Shown: piece after piece, positions 63,483 to 63,560 of the stretch
How the letters are laid out: every line of letters starts with the position of its first letter
How positions within the stretch are numbered: position 1 is the stretch's first letter
Origin: Candidatus Magasanikiibacteriota bacterium
GTDB taxonomy: Bacteria; Patescibacteriota; Patescibacteriia; Magasanikbacterales; GWA2-37-8
Assembly: GCA_041678665.1 (NCBI GenBank)
Contig: JBAYNU010000005.1
Coordinates: forward strand, 1 to 63,560
DNA length: 63,560 bases
Direction of reading: 5' to 3'
The notes under the pieces: model-generated
Told to the model about the DNA's origin: nothing
Databases searched by the model: none
The model's input: the letters and a program-made list of their open reading frames with translations, nothing else
Made by a program: the position numbers and the translations under genes

Positions 63483-63560
63483 CTACGCCAGCTTTGGGAA
63501 TTTGAGTTGTTCGACGTCGACTTGGTGGTGTTGTTGGTTTTCGACATAGCGTTTGACGGC
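63483..63560 (-). CDS. 3' end of a CDS entering from the right edge
   Basis: Reverse complement reads AVKRYVENQQHHQVDVEQLKFPKLA then TAG (63485-63483). Too short to identify. Confidence 0.3.
   Translation of the reverse strand, partial: AVKRYVENQQHHQVDVEQLKFPKLA

Overview
A 63.5-kb AT-rich bacterial window in standard genetic code. Nearly every gene lies on the minus strand; the exceptions are rpmA, the first ORF and the last two genes. The gene content and repeat families resemble small-genome Patescibacteria/CPR-type bacteria. That placement is an inference I cannot verify here.

Layout, left to right:
- 1-2.4 kb: a single 621-aa orphan gene bracketed by perfect 40-bp direct repeats, next to tRNA-Glu(CUC).
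- 2.4-8 kb: a housekeeping block with a membrane methyltransferase, murF, an ftsI-like PBP, gpsA and a solitary rpmA.
- 8-44.2 kb: a 36-gene glycan-biosynthesis array with no gap above 29 nt. It runs from a consensus promoter at 44182-44210 to a bidirectional terminator at 7951-7987.
  - It encodes a GDP-glycero-manno-heptose pathway (gmhA, hddA, HAD, hddC).
  - It encodes a CDP-3,6-dideoxyhexose pathway (rfbF, a dehydratase, rfbH, SDRs) with a ThDP enzyme and a Nudix protein.
  - It encodes a NeuB-SAF-cupin synthase with a kinase and a phosphatase.
  - It also encodes two radical SAM/SPASM enzymes, a sugar C-methyltransferase, about 9 glycosyltransferases, two GT-C-like membrane proteins, methyltransferases and a Wzx flippase.
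- 44.3-48.5 kb: fcl, gmd and an O-antigen-ligase(Wzy_C)-TPR fusion.
- 48.6-52.4 kb: a 1282-aa secreted mosaic protein.
- 53.3-54.7 kb: apt and mtnP.
- 54.9-60.7 kb: an ECF sigma, an anti-sigma-like protein and a 1213-aa S-layer-like protein.
- 60.9-63.4 kb: an HTH gene behind three palindromic operators, followed by a surface protein.

A dispersed family of GTCAT...ATGAC palindromic (REP/MITE-like) elements occurs at nine loci. Three of those copies sit in-frame inside intact coding genes.

The strongest candidate for new biology is the glycan mega-operon (the radical SAM, ThDP and NeuB-cupin modules) together with the ligase-TPR protein and the giant surface proteins. This looks like a surface-protein O-glycosylation system, but that reading is inference only.
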